From the NCBI GenBank assembly GCA_964385285.1, contig CAYLOJ010000002.1, positions 67,246-131,245 of the forward strand: a DNA stretch of 64,000 nt. The letters are read 5' to 3'. The notes under the pieces are model-generated. The model was given only the letters and a program-made list of their open reading frames with translations, searched no databases and had not been told where the DNA came from. This DNA comes from an uncultured Gammaproteobacteria bacterium. GTDB taxonomy: Bacteria > Patescibacteriota > Patescibacteriia > UBA9570. Made by a program: the position numbers and the translations under genes. Below, piece by piece: positions 40,011 through 50,650 of this stretch (within the stretch, counting starts at the first letter, position 1; every line of letters begins with the position of its first letter).

Positions 40011-40964
40011 CTACTTGCGTCGCCATGTCCGGTCGGAGGCGTTCTCACTCGCGTAGAAGCGGTTCAGCCATCTGGCGAGTACGGTTGGGTCCTCGTCGAA
40101 GCGACTGAGATCACCGCCACGGGCGAAGAACCTCAGTGCATCGGTGATTTCGTAGACGGTCGCGCGAGCCTGGCCGTTGATGTATGGCGCGAAGTTGCGC
40201 CAACCCTCAGCGTTGTCAGCGCGCAGTGCGACATTCACCCAGTAGACACCGACCTCACTGCCACGTGTTGCGCTCAGCAGTTCGAGGGTGCCCAGGTAGC
40301 GCGGGGGCAGTTGTTGCTCCCACTCCGCTAGATCCGGGATGGTGTCGGCGAACTTGCGTCTTGCCTCGGCGAAGCGCTCGGGCGTATAGCGCTGATCCGG
40401 GAGGATGACGATGGCGATGCCGCCTGGAGTACGCTTGGCCCGTGCCACTACGCGTTGCACCTGGTAGCGAAACCACCACCGCGCGAAGCTGTGCAACTTG
40501 CGCTGCAGCTGCGGCCAGCGCTTCCAGAGCGACCACTCATGAAAGCGAATTGCGAAGATCGCCAGACCTAGTCCCCACAACCCCCAACCCATCGGGTTGA
40601 AGATGTGCGAACCTTTGAGGACGAAGGCGATACGCCGGCTGATGTACAGCCCGGTGATGTACGCTACCGTCCAGGTCAGGATGGTGGGTGGATGCTTGAA
40701 CAGGACGATCTTGAGTCGATTGTCCTGCCGATATTCACCCGTGAAGTTGAATTCCCAGTTGAAGTTGATCGGGCGGAAGCACCAGTCATTGACTTGACGT
40801 CCCCACCACCAGGGCATCTGACTTAGCGGATGATAGGCTGTAAACCAGCCCATCGTTAGGCGCCAGGTCAACCCTCCAAGGAAGGCGATGATGCCCTCGA
40901 CGAGAGTGAGGAGAGCGAACCGCACGGCATACTGCCAGGGGTTCGGATTACGAGACGTCTGCAT
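40011..40964 (-). CDS. High-GC PlsC-like acyltransferase-fold membrane protein with degenerate motifs
   Basis: KIVLFKHPPT, FVLK, IVILPDQR, LPPR..G occur in the order of LPLAT blocks; start MQTSR after GGAGG. Confidence 0.5.
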   Translation of the reverse strand: MQTSRNPNPWQYAVRFALLTLVEGIIAFLGGLTWRLTMGWFTAYHPLSQMPWWWGRQVNDWCFRPINFNWEFNFTGEYRQDNRLKIVLFKHPPTILTWTVAYITGLYISRRIAFVLKGSHIFNPMGWGLWGLGLAIFAIRFHEWSLWKRWPQLQRKLHSFARWWFRYQVQRVVARAKRTPGGIAIVILPDQRYTPERFAEARRKFADTIPDLAEWEQQLPPRYLGTLELLSATRGSEVGVYWVNVALRADNAEGWRNFAPYINGQARATVYEITDALRFFARGGDLSRFDEDPTVLARWLNRFYASENASDRTWRRK

Positions 40965-40968
40965 AAGA

Positions 40969-41030
40969 CCTCCGGGTTGTGGAAGAGCATAAGGCTGCTG
41001 CAGAGTAAGGAGTATTGCCCGGATTGTCAA
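40969..41030 (-). promoter_or_regulatory. Promoter, boxA-like motif and SD
   Basis: TTGACA(41030-25)-17-TACTCT(41007-02); TGCTCTTCCACAA; GGAGG. Confidence 0.65.
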
Positions 41031-41062
41031 TGCAAAGATCACATGCTAAACTAGTTTTCATT

Positions 41063-41407
41063 ATGGTGGCTAAACCCAAAACAGTTAAATCGACACGCAA
41101 GAGCGTGCCAGGAAAAAAATTTAAAGAGGTGAGTATTGTTGAATTTTTAAATGTAAAAAAAGTTGAACGCAAAACGGACTTAATGCGTTTACTGACCCAC
41201 GTTGTTCAAAATTACACGAAAGACAAAGCCGTGTTGGTGCAGGCCAAAACAACCGTCAATACCATTGAGTACCGGGTTTTGAATAAACGTGTGGCATTGG
41301 CATTGGCGACACACGCGCAGGCAGCCTTCAAACAACATCATCCCACCGTTACTGTGACTACGCCAAACGACAGTGCCTATTGTCGCATTGTGGTTGAATT
41401 TAATTAG
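41063..41407 (+). CDS. Hypothetical basic protein
   Basis: Fills the gap before the helicase with backbone-like composition; no motif recognised. Confidence 0.6.
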   Translation: MVAKPKTVKSTRKSVPGKKFKEVSIVEFLNVKKVERKTDLMRLLTHVVQNYTKDKAVLVQAKTTVNTIEYRVLNKRVALALATHAQAAFKQHHPTVTVTTPNDSAYCRIVVEFN

Positions 41408-41427
41408 TTTGAATCGTTTTTAATTTT

Positions 41428-44406
41428 GTGGCCGTTGAATTGGGTGCTGAATATTCAGTTCAGTATCGACTGCTGAACGCAGAACAACGCCGGGCTGTTG
41501 ATCATGTCGATGGTCCGATGTTAGTGTTGGCAGGAGCAGGCACAGGCAAAACGCAGATTATTGCTTTGCGGATCGCCCAGCTATTGCAAACTCAAGATCT
41601 TGAGCCCCGTAATATTCTCTGTTTAACTTTCACGGAAAGTGGCGTACAGGCCATGCGTGCACGCTTAGTTAACATGCTGGGTGCCACCGGCTATCAGGTG
41701 CGTGTACACACCTTTCACGGGTTTTGCAATGAAGTGATCTCTGAGCATCCTGAGGTGTTTTTAGCACAGTCCGCATTAGCAGCAGTATCCGACTTAGATC
41801 GCATCACCATTTTGGAGGAGATCATCGCAGACTTACCGGTTGATCATCCGCTGAAACCGTTTGGAGCTCCAGATTTTTATGTACCGGATTTACTTCGGGC
41901 GATTCAAACGTTGAAGCGAGAAAATATTTCATCCGAAAAGTTAACTGAGTTAGTAGCGGCGGGTGCAAAATTGGCCGAAGCTGAACCTATAGATAGTAAA
42001 GATAAACGGCGTTTAGCGGCTTTACAACGCCAAGTGCCTAAGCAGCAAGCTTTAATTGAGGTGTATCAACTCTATCAAACTAAGCTGCGCGAGCGTCAGC
42101 AATATGATTATGAAGATATGTTGCTCTACGTGATTAAGGCCTTTCAAGAACATCCGGATTTACTGGCTGATTTTCAAGAGCAATACTTATATGTATTGGT
42201 AGATGAATATCAAGATACGAACGGTGCGCAAAATGAAATTGTACATTTGTTAGGCGCCCATCAAGACGCACCAAACGTTTTTTTGGTGGGGGATGATCGT
42301 CAGTCGATCTATCGTTTCCAGGGGGCGGCTGTAGAAAACATCATCTTGTTTCAACAGCAGTATGGAGATGCCGCGGAGTTGGTGAGTCTCAAAGAAAATT
42401 ATCGTAGTCAACAATGGATCTTAGATGCGGCCAGTGCAATGATTCAACACAACCAATACAGCTTGGCGCATTATATTCCGGAGCTACAAACGGATCTGCA
42501 CGCGGCGCGTGAGTTGCCCTTAGCAAAAATCGAATTAGCGGCGCTCAGTTCTACAGCTACGGAATTGTTCTGGGTAACGCAACGGATCAGCCAGTTAATA
42601 CAATCCGGCGTGGCCCCACAGGAGATCGCAGTGTTGTTTCGTACCAACGGAGATGGCGAGGCGATGCGTGATGCCTGTGTGCGCCAAGGCATCCCTATTC
42701 AATTATCCGCCGGTGGGAATATCTTGGCCGATCCATTGATTCAACAGTTAATCCGTTTATTCCGTTTCATTGGCAGTAGTGGCAATGCGGAGGACCTCTT
42801 CAGCATCGCCCATTTTAGCTGGCTACAGTTGCCGATAGCTACGGTCGCACAATTAACGTATCAGGCAGCCAAAGCCAAACGTTGGCTATGGGAAGAATTT
42901 CAAATGTCTGATGATCCAGCGATTACTCAATGGACAACTAAACTACTCGAGTGGCGTACACAGATGCACAATCAGGTATGCACTCAATGGTTTTCTAAAG
43001 TGGTTGAGGAATCAGGTTGGTTACAATCCGTGATGCATACTGAACATAGCTTAGAGCATCTCAATCGTTTACAAACTCTGTTTCAAGCCATTCAAAATTT
43101 GTGTCGCGTAGACGTGACGACAACGATTAAAGAGGTCTTAGAATATTTAGACTTACTGCAGAAGCACGATCTCATGCTGGAAGAGTCACCGCTGCAAACG
43201 CAACTGCGTGCCGTGCAATTAATGACTGCACATCGGGCGAAAGGGTTAGAGTTTGCTCATGTCTTTATGATTCGCTGTCAAGATAAAAAATGGGGGAATG
43301 TGCCAGATCGTGCCAAGGTAAAATTACCGGAGGGGATTATACAATTACCGCCCGATGAAACCGTTGATATCAAAAATGAAGATGAACGTCGTTTGTTTTA
43401 TGTTGCCATGACGCGCGCTAAGGAACATCTCTACATCAGTCACGCCACCCATTCAGATACTGGTCGTGCTGTTCTGCCCAGTCAATTCATTGCGGAATTA
43501 CCAGTCGACATTATCGAAGCGGCAGCAGATGTCGCCACCGTGGAAGCAGAACCACAAGAGCGTTTATTGCAGGTCGGTACCGCACACGCTGCAGAGCCCA
43601 GTGCGGATTACCAGGCATTCGCCCAAGGTCTACTTGTCGATTATCGGATGAGTGCGACGCATTTAAATGATTATTTAGAATGTCCACGCCTGTTCTTTTA
43701 TCAGGATCTTTTACGTGCTCCGCGCGCGGCTACCCGTGCGGTCGGTTTTGGAATTGCCATCCACAACGCATTGCGTTTTGCCAGTGAACAATTTAACCAA
43801 ACTCAAGTGCTGCCCGCATTCGAGGAGGTCTGGGTAGTGTTCGAAGCAGACTTGCAAAAACAACTACTATCAAAAACCGATTATGCCGATAGTTTGGCAT
43901 TCGGGAAAACTACTCTCCAGCAATATTATACAGAGCAGTCCGCAGGGCTAATGCATAATCATTTTCCTGAAAAAGATTTTAGACCTTACCGTGTAGAGGT
44001 CGATGGTGTACCGTTAACCGGCAAGATCGATGGTATTGCGATTCAGGATGAGGCCGCCAAGTTAGTGCACGTCATTGATTATAAAACCGGCAATCCAGAT
44101 AATAAGAGCAGTGATTTAGCCGCAGGTGGCAACTATCATCGTCAGTTATTGTTTTATAAACTACTCTGTGATCATGCCAAAGGGTTTGGGTACACTGCAG
44201 TGTCTGGCGAGATAAACTTTGTGCAGATCAGTAAACAGAAACAAACCTATATCAAACGAGAATATGAATTTACTGAAGACGATGTACAGCGTACGCGCGA
44301 GGAAATTAAGACCGTTTATCAACATATTCAGCAGTTAGATTTCTTACAACCAGATCCTGCGGATCTCTGTGGGGAATGTACCTGGTGCACATTATTAAAA
44401 ACTTAA
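41428..44406 (+). CDS. UvrD/PcrA-type helicase fused to PD-(D/E)XK nuclease
   Basis: AGAGTGKT, VDEYQD, GDDRQSIY, H.AKGLEF, YVAMTRA; GKID...IDYKTG; terminal Cys cluster. Confidence 0.93.
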   Translation: MAVELGAEYSVQYRLLNAEQRRAVDHVDGPMLVLAGAGTGKTQIIALRIAQLLQTQDLEPRNILCLTFTESGVQAMRARLVNMLGATGYQVRVHTFHGFCNEVISEHPEVFLAQSALAAVSDLDRITILEEIIADLPVDHPLKPFGAPDFYVPDLLRAIQTLKRENISSEKLTELVAAGAKLAEAEPIDSKDKRRLAALQRQVPKQQALIEVYQLYQTKLRERQQYDYEDMLLYVIKAFQEHPDLLADFQEQYLYVLVDEYQDTNGAQNEIVHLLGAHQDAPNVFLVGDDRQSIYRFQGAAVENIILFQQQYGDAAELVSLKENYRSQQWILDAASAMIQHNQYSLAHYIPELQTDLHAARELPLAKIELAALSSTATELFWVTQRISQLIQSGVAPQEIAVLFRTNGDGEAMRDACVRQGIPIQLSAGGNILADPLIQQLIRLFRFIGSSGNAEDLFSIAHFSWLQLPIATVAQLTYQAAKAKRWLWEEFQMSDDPAITQWTTKLLEWRTQMHNQVCTQWFSKVVEESGWLQSVMHTEHSLEHLNRLQTLFQAIQNLCRVDVTTTIKEVLEYLDLLQKHDLMLEESPLQTQLRAVQLMTAHRAKGLEFAHVFMIRCQDKKWGNVPDRAKVKLPEGIIQLPPDETVDIKNEDERRLFYVAMTRAKEHLYISHATHSDTGRAVLPSQFIAELPVDIIEAAADVATVEAEPQERLLQVGTAHAAEPSADYQAFAQGLLVDYRMSATHLNDYLECPRLFFYQDLLRAPRAATRAVGFGIAIHNALRFASEQFNQTQVLPAFEEVWVVFEADLQKQLLSKTDYADSLAFGKTTLQQYYTEQSAGLMHNHFPEKDFRPYRVEVDGVPLTGKIDGIAIQDEAAKLVHVIDYKTGNPDNKSSDLAAGGNYHRQLLFYKLLCDHAKGFGYTAVSGEINFVQISKQKQTYIKREYEFTEDDVQRTREEIKTVYQHIQQLDFLQPDPADLCGECTWCTLLKT

Positions 44407-44407
44407 G

Positions 44408-45781
44408 ATGAAACGACCTTACCACATTATTGTAGTTGGTGCCGGCCTGGCAGGCCTCGGTGCTGCCTATGAACTCACAAAACATCCCGCATACCGTGTC
44501 ACTGTGCTCGAGCAGCGTGATCGTGTAGGGGGGCGCGTCTATGCATTACCCGTCGAGAATCAATTAGTCGACTTTGGTGGTTTTATTATCTATCCTTGGT
44601 ATCGACAGTTTCATCGTATTTTGGATGAACTCAAGATCAATGATCAATTAAAACCGATTCCACCGCAACAGATCTATTATCAACTCGGCGATCAAGGTGA
44701 GTATTACGCGCAAGACGAAATCCCGTTTTTAAAAAAGGATACTGCGCTGCTCGGATTAAAAATGGCGATGCCAGTGTTTCAAGCGCGTGATGTTGCAGCC
44801 CCGGCCTTGGATAGTTTTGATTATATGACCGGTGTTGAGTTTTTTCGAGATGCGTTGAATCAACCTGACCATGCCGGGCTCTACGAAACTTATACCGACA
44901 CTGTAAATCAAGGCTATTGTTACCCGCCGGCTGCTCAATTTAAAATGGCATTCATGGCACCATTTATCTTTAAGAGTCGATTCTACGGTGATGTGTCTTC
45001 GGCATCCTATTTATCTGGCGGCAATCAACTACCCCTTGCACTCGCAAAAGCCATTCAACACGGTGATCATACCATTCGGCTAAATACCACAGTGACGGGT
45101 TGTTCTGGTAGTGTCGTACATACTACGGATGGCGATCTCAATGCGGATGCTGTCATTTTCGCGCAGAATGTAGATCAGACTGTCTACCAAAGTGTTTTGC
45201 CCGATGTAGAGATCAACTGTAGTTATACGCAGTACTATGCTGTGACGATCGAACTATCGGCTGCGCCAGTAGTGAATGGTGATGCGAAGTGGGGTGGGGT
45301 ATTCTATCGGCCAAATCATCAACCCCTGCAAGTGGTCTCTTCAATTCATTTGCCGATTCTCTATGGGCAGCGTTTAGAACGTTACGTCACGCTCAATATT
45401 GTGAACCGCCAACCGAACGCTCATATTTTATCTGCGGATGAACTACTGAGTACGCTACAAGCCGAATTAGCCGAGCTATTTCCTGGTGTTACAGTGAAGC
45501 GACTATTTAATGTGATCTACTGGCCACAGACGATGCCGTTAGCCGATGAGGGATTTGTCGGTACTATGCGTGAACGCCAAGGTAAGTTGGGCCACTACTT
45601 TGCAGGAGATTGGTTAGGTGCTCCTTCGATGGAAGCAGCTTTAATTACCGGTGTCCGGGCAGCCGAACAACTGATGCAAGATACCTTAGTACAGTACGAT
45701 AAAGAAAAAGGCGGCCGGTTATCAGAGGCCTATCAACGCCTAAATAACAAAATCACCGGTATGTTACCGGTGCGACGCTGA
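44408..45781 (+). CDS. FAD-dependent oxidoreductase (amine oxidase/protoporphyrinogen oxidase-like)
   Basis: VVGAGLAGL..A, LE..DRVGGR, FAGDW....MEAA..TG..AA. Confidence 0.85.
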   Translation: MKRPYHIIVVGAGLAGLGAAYELTKHPAYRVTVLEQRDRVGGRVYALPVENQLVDFGGFIIYPWYRQFHRILDELKINDQLKPIPPQQIYYQLGDQGEYYAQDEIPFLKKDTALLGLKMAMPVFQARDVAAPALDSFDYMTGVEFFRDALNQPDHAGLYETYTDTVNQGYCYPPAAQFKMAFMAPFIFKSRFYGDVSSASYLSGGNQLPLALAKAIQHGDHTIRLNTTVTGCSGSVVHTTDGDLNADAVIFAQNVDQTVYQSVLPDVEINCSYTQYYAVTIELSAAPVVNGDAKWGGVFYRPNHQPLQVVSSIHLPILYGQRLERYVTLNIVNRQPNAHILSADELLSTLQAELAELFPGVTVKRLFNVIYWPQTMPLADEGFVGTMRERQGKLGHYFAGDWLGAPSMEAALITGVRAAEQLMQDTLVQYDKEKGGRLSEAYQRLNNKITGMLPVRR

Positions 45782-45953
45782 CTACACTTTAGACTGGGTC
45801 ACTTTGATTTTGTTGATACCCGTTACAATCTAGAGCTACTCCTTTGCGTTAGGCCACTGGCCTCTTGCAAAGTTCGATCGTAGCTATTGCGAGTCGAGTA
45901 CAAAGCTATACTAACATAGGCAGGTATTCTTGTCTAGTGCTATACTAGTCCAC

Positions 45954-46751
45954 ATGAGTAAAACTATCTTAATTACTGGGGTTTCCAGTGGAATTGGCAA
46001 AACAACAGCTCAGTATTTTAAAACTAAAGGATGGAAGGTCATTGGCACAACTCGCTCGACGTCTACTGATCCGTTGATCTATTCGTTAGAGGTCACTGAT
46101 GCTGCTGCCACTCAACAATGCATCGATACCATTGTCGCTGAACATGGCAAGATCGATGTGGTGTTGAATAATGCCGGTTATGGTTTGTATGGCGCTTTTG
46201 AGCAATGCAATGATGAGGATGTGCGCAAGCAATACGAAGTGAATGTTTTTGGTACGATGAATGTCTGTCGTGCGATTTTGCCACATATGCGCGGGTGGGG
46301 TGCCGGAACGATCATCAATATCTCATCGATTGGCGGCAAGTATGTCATTCCGTATTATGGTGTTTACAACAGTACCAAGTTTGCCGTGGAAGGGTTTAGC
46401 GAAGGCTTATGGCATGAAGTCAAACCCTTTGGGATCAAAGTAAAAGTGATCGAACCCGGTGCAATTGATACTGGCTTCTATAATAAATCCAAACAAGAAG
46501 GGAAATTAATGGCCATTGCTGCTGGTTATAAACAGATGTCCGATAAACTATGGGCGCAATATGCGGGCGCTGGTCAACATGGTTCCGCTCCGGAAGTAGT
46601 GGCAAAGGTAATTTATAAAGCTGCTACTAGTAGTTCCAAGCGTCTGCGTTATGCAGCAGCACGAGATGCGCATATCAGCATAGCGATCATGAAACTATTA
46701 CCGCACCAAATTGGTTTATGGCTCGCCAACCGCGCTACCGTTGGCCGTTAA
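45954..46751 (+). CDS. Short-chain dehydrogenase/reductase
   Basis: TGVSSGIG, NNAGYG, YNSTK. Confidence 0.93.
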   Translation: MSKTILITGVSSGIGKTTAQYFKTKGWKVIGTTRSTSTDPLIYSLEVTDAAATQQCIDTIVAEHGKIDVVLNNAGYGLYGAFEQCNDEDVRKQYEVNVFGTMNVCRAILPHMRGWGAGTIINISSIGGKYVIPYYGVYNSTKFAVEGFSEGLWHEVKPFGIKVKVIEPGAIDTGFYNKSKQEGKLMAIAAGYKQMSDKLWAQYAGAGQHGSAPEVVAKVIYKAATSSSKRLRYAAARDAHISIAIMKLLPHQIGLWLANRATVGR

Positions 46752-47551
46752 CCATCGGTTTAATCTTTGCGGTGATCATTGCAGTTTTGATTGTAACTGC
46801 AACATGGTCCGTTCGAGCGCTGTTTAAACGGACTGTATTTCAACCTTCCACGTCAGTCGTTAATGATCTCGATGCTTTTGGTTTACACTATTCTCAGCTA
46901 ACATTATCCACCGGTGAAACTGTGCAGGTTGTTGATCATTTGGTTACCGATAGTCCCTATATCATTTTATTTTTTCACGGCAACGCGGGCAATATCAGTA
47001 CAAACGTTGGGATGATGCATTTGCTAGTAGCGATGGGCTATAGTTATGCATTAATTGATTACCCAGGCTACGGCATGAGTACTGGACATCCTAATGAGAG
47101 TAATCTATACGCCAGTGGAGAAGCGCTGTATCAGTTTGCTCAAGATCAGGGTTATCAGCCCGATCAAATCATTATCTTTGGACAATCTTTAGGCGGTGGT
47201 GTGGCGGTGGAACTGGCACATGATCAACCGGCGCGCGCCTTGATCATCATGAGTACATTAGCTTCTACTGATTCCGCCATTCAGGATAAACAGTTGGCGC
47301 CATGGGTGACTTGGCTAACATCGAATTGGTTTGATAACGCAACAAAAATTCAAAACGTGCAAGCGCCTATCTTATTAATCCACGGTACCGCAGATGAAGT
47401 GTTGCCATTTCATCAGAGTGAGTTATTACAGGCTGCAAATGCTAAGGCCACCTTACTATCCGTTAAAGAAGCAAATCACCATAATGTTATTGATGTTTAT
47501 GGTCGAGAGGCACTGGCATCGGAGATTGATCGATGGATCTCTAACCACTGA
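46718..47551 (+). CDS. Membrane-anchored alpha/beta hydrolase
   Basis: TM helix; FFHGNAG, DYPGYG, GQSLGG, HGTADE, H. Confidence 0.9.
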   Translation: MARQPRYRWPLTIGLIFAVIIAVLIVTATWSVRALFKRTVFQPSTSVVNDLDAFGLHYSQLTLSTGETVQVVDHLVTDSPYIILFFHGNAGNISTNVGMMHLLVAMGYSYALIDYPGYGMSTGHPNESNLYASGEALYQFAQDQGYQPDQIIIFGQSLGGGVAVELAHDQPARALIIMSTLASTDSAIQDKQLAPWVTWLTSNWFDNATKIQNVQAPILLIHGTADEVLPFHQSELLQAANAKATLLSVKEANHHNVIDVYGREALASEIDRWISNH

Positions 47552-48315
47552 CGATGCGCTGCGACGTCATGTACACGTAGCCAAGTAGCACCATGGGTGA
47601 CGGCTACGTCGTGTGCTGCCAGAGTACCGGGTAAGCGATCGGCTACATCTGCACCGGTCAGTTGACCAATAAATGATTTACGGGAAGCACCAATCAGTAC
47701 GGGGTAGCCTAGTTTAGTGAACTGGTTAAGCTTTTTTAAAATCAGTAGATTGTGTTCCACTGTTTTCCCAAAACCAATCCCTGGGTCTAAAATAATCTTA
47801 TTTTTTTTAATGCCAGCAGCTAAAGCCAGTTTAATTTGTTGTTGGAAAAATTTTGTGATTTCAGTAATGACATTGGTATAACGTGGTTGTTGTTGCATGG
47901 TTTGTGGTTCGCCGAGCATATGCATAATCACTACTGTGCATTTTGTTTTTGCAACCAGGGCGCGCATTTCAGGATTTCGTAAACCGGTAATATCATTCAC
48001 CCAAGTAGCGCCTGCTGCGATGGCTTGCGCTGCTACCTCTGGTTTATAAGTATCCACAGATAAAGGAGTCTGCGTTTTTCGCTGTAATCCTTGGATGACC
48101 GGAATCACGCGGTGTAATTCATCAGCCAGCGTTACTGGTACAGCGCCTGGTCGACTGGATTCGCCGCCAATATCAAGTACCGTTGCGCCTTCAGTCACGA
48201 GTTGCAATCCATGGGCAATAGCCGTTTTACTGGTAATAAATTTGCCACCATCGGAAAACGAATCCGGGGTAACGTTCACGATGCCCATCAATTTTACCTC
48301 ACTGCGCTTCGACAT
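47497..48315 (-). CDS. folP: Dihydropteroate synthase
   Basis: GIVNVTPDSFSDGG, DIGGESSRP, DPGIGFGK, SRKSF, RVHDV. Confidence 0.97.
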   Translation of the reverse strand: MSKRSEVKLMGIVNVTPDSFSDGGKFITSKTAIAHGLQLVTEGATVLDIGGESSRPGAVPVTLADELHRVIPVIQGLQRKTQTPLSVDTYKPEVAAQAIAAGATWVNDITGLRNPEMRALVAKTKCTVVIMHMLGEPQTMQQQPRYTNVITEITKFFQQQIKLALAAGIKKNKIILDPGIGFGKTVEHNLLILKKLNQFTKLGYPVLIGASRKSFIGQLTGADVADRLPGTLAAHDVAVTHGATWLRVHDVAAHRQWLEIHRSISDASASRP

Positions 48316-49072
48316 AATCGTTGAACAATCCGATTAAATCCTGTGTCACCATGCCGGGTTTGCCATTGCCGACTAAGCGCTCCTCAATTTGAACCACTGG
48401 TACCACACCAGTAGATGTTTGTGTTAAGAAACATTCATCGGCCATTAACACTTCGTCTAGGTAGATACGTTTCTGCTTCACTGTGTAGTGCTGTTCCGCT
48501 AACTGAATGATGACATTGCGCGTGATGCCGGGTAGAATGGCGTGACGCGGGGTATAGATGACATCATCTTTGACATAATAAAAATTGGCTTGCGCACATT
48601 CGTACACCTCTTTACGATGATTAATCAACAAGGCGTCATGCTGCTTACGCTCAACGGCTTGCTCGTGCGCCAAGTATTCTTGAATGCGGGCTAAACTCTT
48701 AATGCCTGGTTGGTTACGTTCTAATGTATATAAACCCACGGTCACGCCTTTCGTCAGCAGGTGGGGTGCTAATACTAGTGGCTGAGATAAAATGTAAATG
48801 CGTCCCGGAGCCGCAATCAGTTTTAAGCGTAGCTCGTCAGTGCCGGTGCAGTGTGCCTGCAACCATTGAGTTAGCAAGGTATTGCTAGCACTAATGGAGA
48901 GTTGAATGCCTTCAGCAGATCGGCGCAAGCGTTGTAGGTGGGCAGTTAGTTCAAACGGTTTTCCATGATAGGTGCGAATGGTTTCAAAGACTCCATATCC
49001 ATAATTAAATTCCACCTCTGTCCCTGTAAGAGTAATGTGCGGAATAAATTCCCCATTCAGTGAGATGTTCAT
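48299..49072 (-). CDS. pabC: Class IV aminotransferase, likely aminodeoxychorismate lyase
   Basis: YGYGVFET, HLQRL..SA, ILPGITR; lies between pabB and folP. Confidence 0.75.
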   Translation of the reverse strand: MNISLNGEFIPHITLTGTEVEFNYGYGVFETIRTYHGKPFELTAHLQRLRRSAEGIQLSISASNTLLTQWLQAHCTGTDELRLKLIAAPGRIYILSQPLVLAPHLLTKGVTVGLYTLERNQPGIKSLARIQEYLAHEQAVERKQHDALLINHRKEVYECAQANFYYVKDDVIYTPRHAILPGITRNVIIQLAEQHYTVKQKRIYLDEVLMADECFLTQTSTGVVPVVQIEERLVGNGKPGMVTQDLIGLFNDYVEAQ

Positions 49073-50103
49073 AGTAGTGAACGTAGTATAGCAGCTTTAT
49101 CCAAAGTTTCCTGATATTCGAGTTTGGCGTCTGAATCTAGGGTGATTCCACCTCCGACACAGTAAGTTAATTGGCCATGGTCGAGTTGAGCTGTACGAAT
49201 AGCAACATTGAATTCGGCATGTTGGCGGCCCGCAATGTAGCCGATAGCTCCACAATAGACACCGCGTGGCTGTACTTCTAATTGCGTTAACAGTTCAACA
49301 GCACGTAATTTGGGTGCTCCTGTGATGGAAGCAAACGGTAACATGGTTTTGATCACCTCCAGGGTACTGGTACGCGGATAGCGCTTGGCTTCGATCTCAG
49401 CTTGAGCTTGCCAGACCGTTTTGTACTTAATGAGTCGTCGTGCCTGGCGGACGCGAACACTACCCGGAATAGCAAATTGTGCTAAATCATTACGGGCTAC
49501 GTCGATGATCATATCTAATTCTGCTCGATCTTTAACACTCTTCAGTAGTGCTTGTTTTTGGCCAAGACCGACTGGTCGAGTGCCCTTGATCGGTGATGTT
49601 TCAATGTGTGTACCAGTGATGCGTAGACCCAGTTCTGGAGAGTTACTGACGAGTTGAATATCTGGGGTATCAATCAATGCACTATATGGAGTTGGTTGCC
49701 GTTTTACGAAATGCTGTAGTAACTGCTGTGGAGTCGCGTTGGTCTTCGCTGTTAACGGGTAACAGAAATTGGCTTGATAGATATCTCCAATTGCCAAGTG
49801 TGCTTTGAGATCCTTCAGTTTTTGTTGATAGGCAGTGTAGGATAGACCTTTGCATCGACTCAGTTGAAACGGAGTTGAATCCGTCAGGCGACTTAGCGGT
49901 ACAGCTTCCAAGCGATTGAATATTCCAAAGTATACGTCTTGTTCATAACTAATGTAGCCAATCGCTACTTGTTTAGCAGCCTGGCGTGAGGAGAACCATC
50001 GTTCGAGGTCTTGCCACTGCGTCAGTATTTGTTGTAAGCCGACACCTTGCCATGCCCGCTGGCCGTCGATCAACGCAAACTGGTAGTTTGCGTTAGTGGG
50101 CAT
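49069..50103 (-). CDS. pabB: Aminodeoxychorismate synthase component I
   Basis: GDIYQAN, SPE, PIKGTR, KDRAE..MI.D..RNDL, SITGAPK, GGGI. Confidence 0.88.
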   Translation of the reverse strand: MPTNANYQFALIDGQRAWQGVGLQQILTQWQDLERWFSSRQAAKQVAIGYISYEQDVYFGIFNRLEAVPLSRLTDSTPFQLSRCKGLSYTAYQQKLKDLKAHLAIGDIYQANFCYPLTAKTNATPQQLLQHFVKRQPTPYSALIDTPDIQLVSNSPELGLRITGTHIETSPIKGTRPVGLGQKQALLKSVKDRAELDMIIDVARNDLAQFAIPGSVRVRQARRLIKYKTVWQAQAEIEAKRYPRTSTLEVIKTMLPFASITGAPKLRAVELLTQLEVQPRGVYCGAIGYIAGRQHAEFNVAIRTAQLDHGQLTYCVGGGITLDSDAKLEYQETLDKAAILRSLL

Positions 50104-50650
50104 TGATCAGTTTCAAAAATTCACTACGCGTATTCAGCTGGCTTTTGAATAAGCCGCGAAACGATGAGGTAGTCACAATCGTATTCTGCTTTTCGACGCC
50201 GCGTGCTTGCATGCATAGATGCTTGGCCTCTAATACAACACCAATTCCTTTGGCTTGGAGCGCTTGATCTAAGAAATCTGTAATCTGCGAAGTGAGGCGT
50301 TCCTGATTTTGAAGCCGGCGAGCAAAAGTTTCAACGACACGGGGTAATTTAGATAACCCAATAATTTTTTTATCTGGAATATAGCCAATATGGGCCTTAC
50401 CTTGAAAGGGTAATAGGTGGTGCTCACAGGTCGAGTAAAAATCAATTTCCCGACAAGTCACCATTTCATCATATTGCTCACTATCAAAAAAAGTCAGTAG
50501 GCTAGTGGGTTCTACGGTATAGCCGCTAAATAGAGCGGCGTAGCTTTTAGCGACACGCCGAGGCGTTTCTAATAAGCCCTCGCGATTCGATTGAGGATCA
50601 ATTTCTTTTAATAGTTCGGCAATTAGTGCTTCAACCCGTGATGGATTCAT
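50093..50650 (-). CDS. folE: GTP cyclohydrolase I
   Basis: ETPRRV, STCEHHLLPF, GLSKL, RLQNQERLT, HLCMQARG. Confidence 0.96.
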   Translation of the reverse strand: MNPSRVEALIAELLKEIDPQSNREGLLETPRRVAKSYAALFSGYTVEPTSLLTFFDSEQYDEMVTCREIDFYSTCEHHLLPFQGKAHIGYIPDKKIIGLSKLPRVVETFARRLQNQERLTSQITDFLDQALQAKGIGVVLEAKHLCMQARGVEKQNTIVTTSSFRGLFKSQLNTRSEFLKLINAH

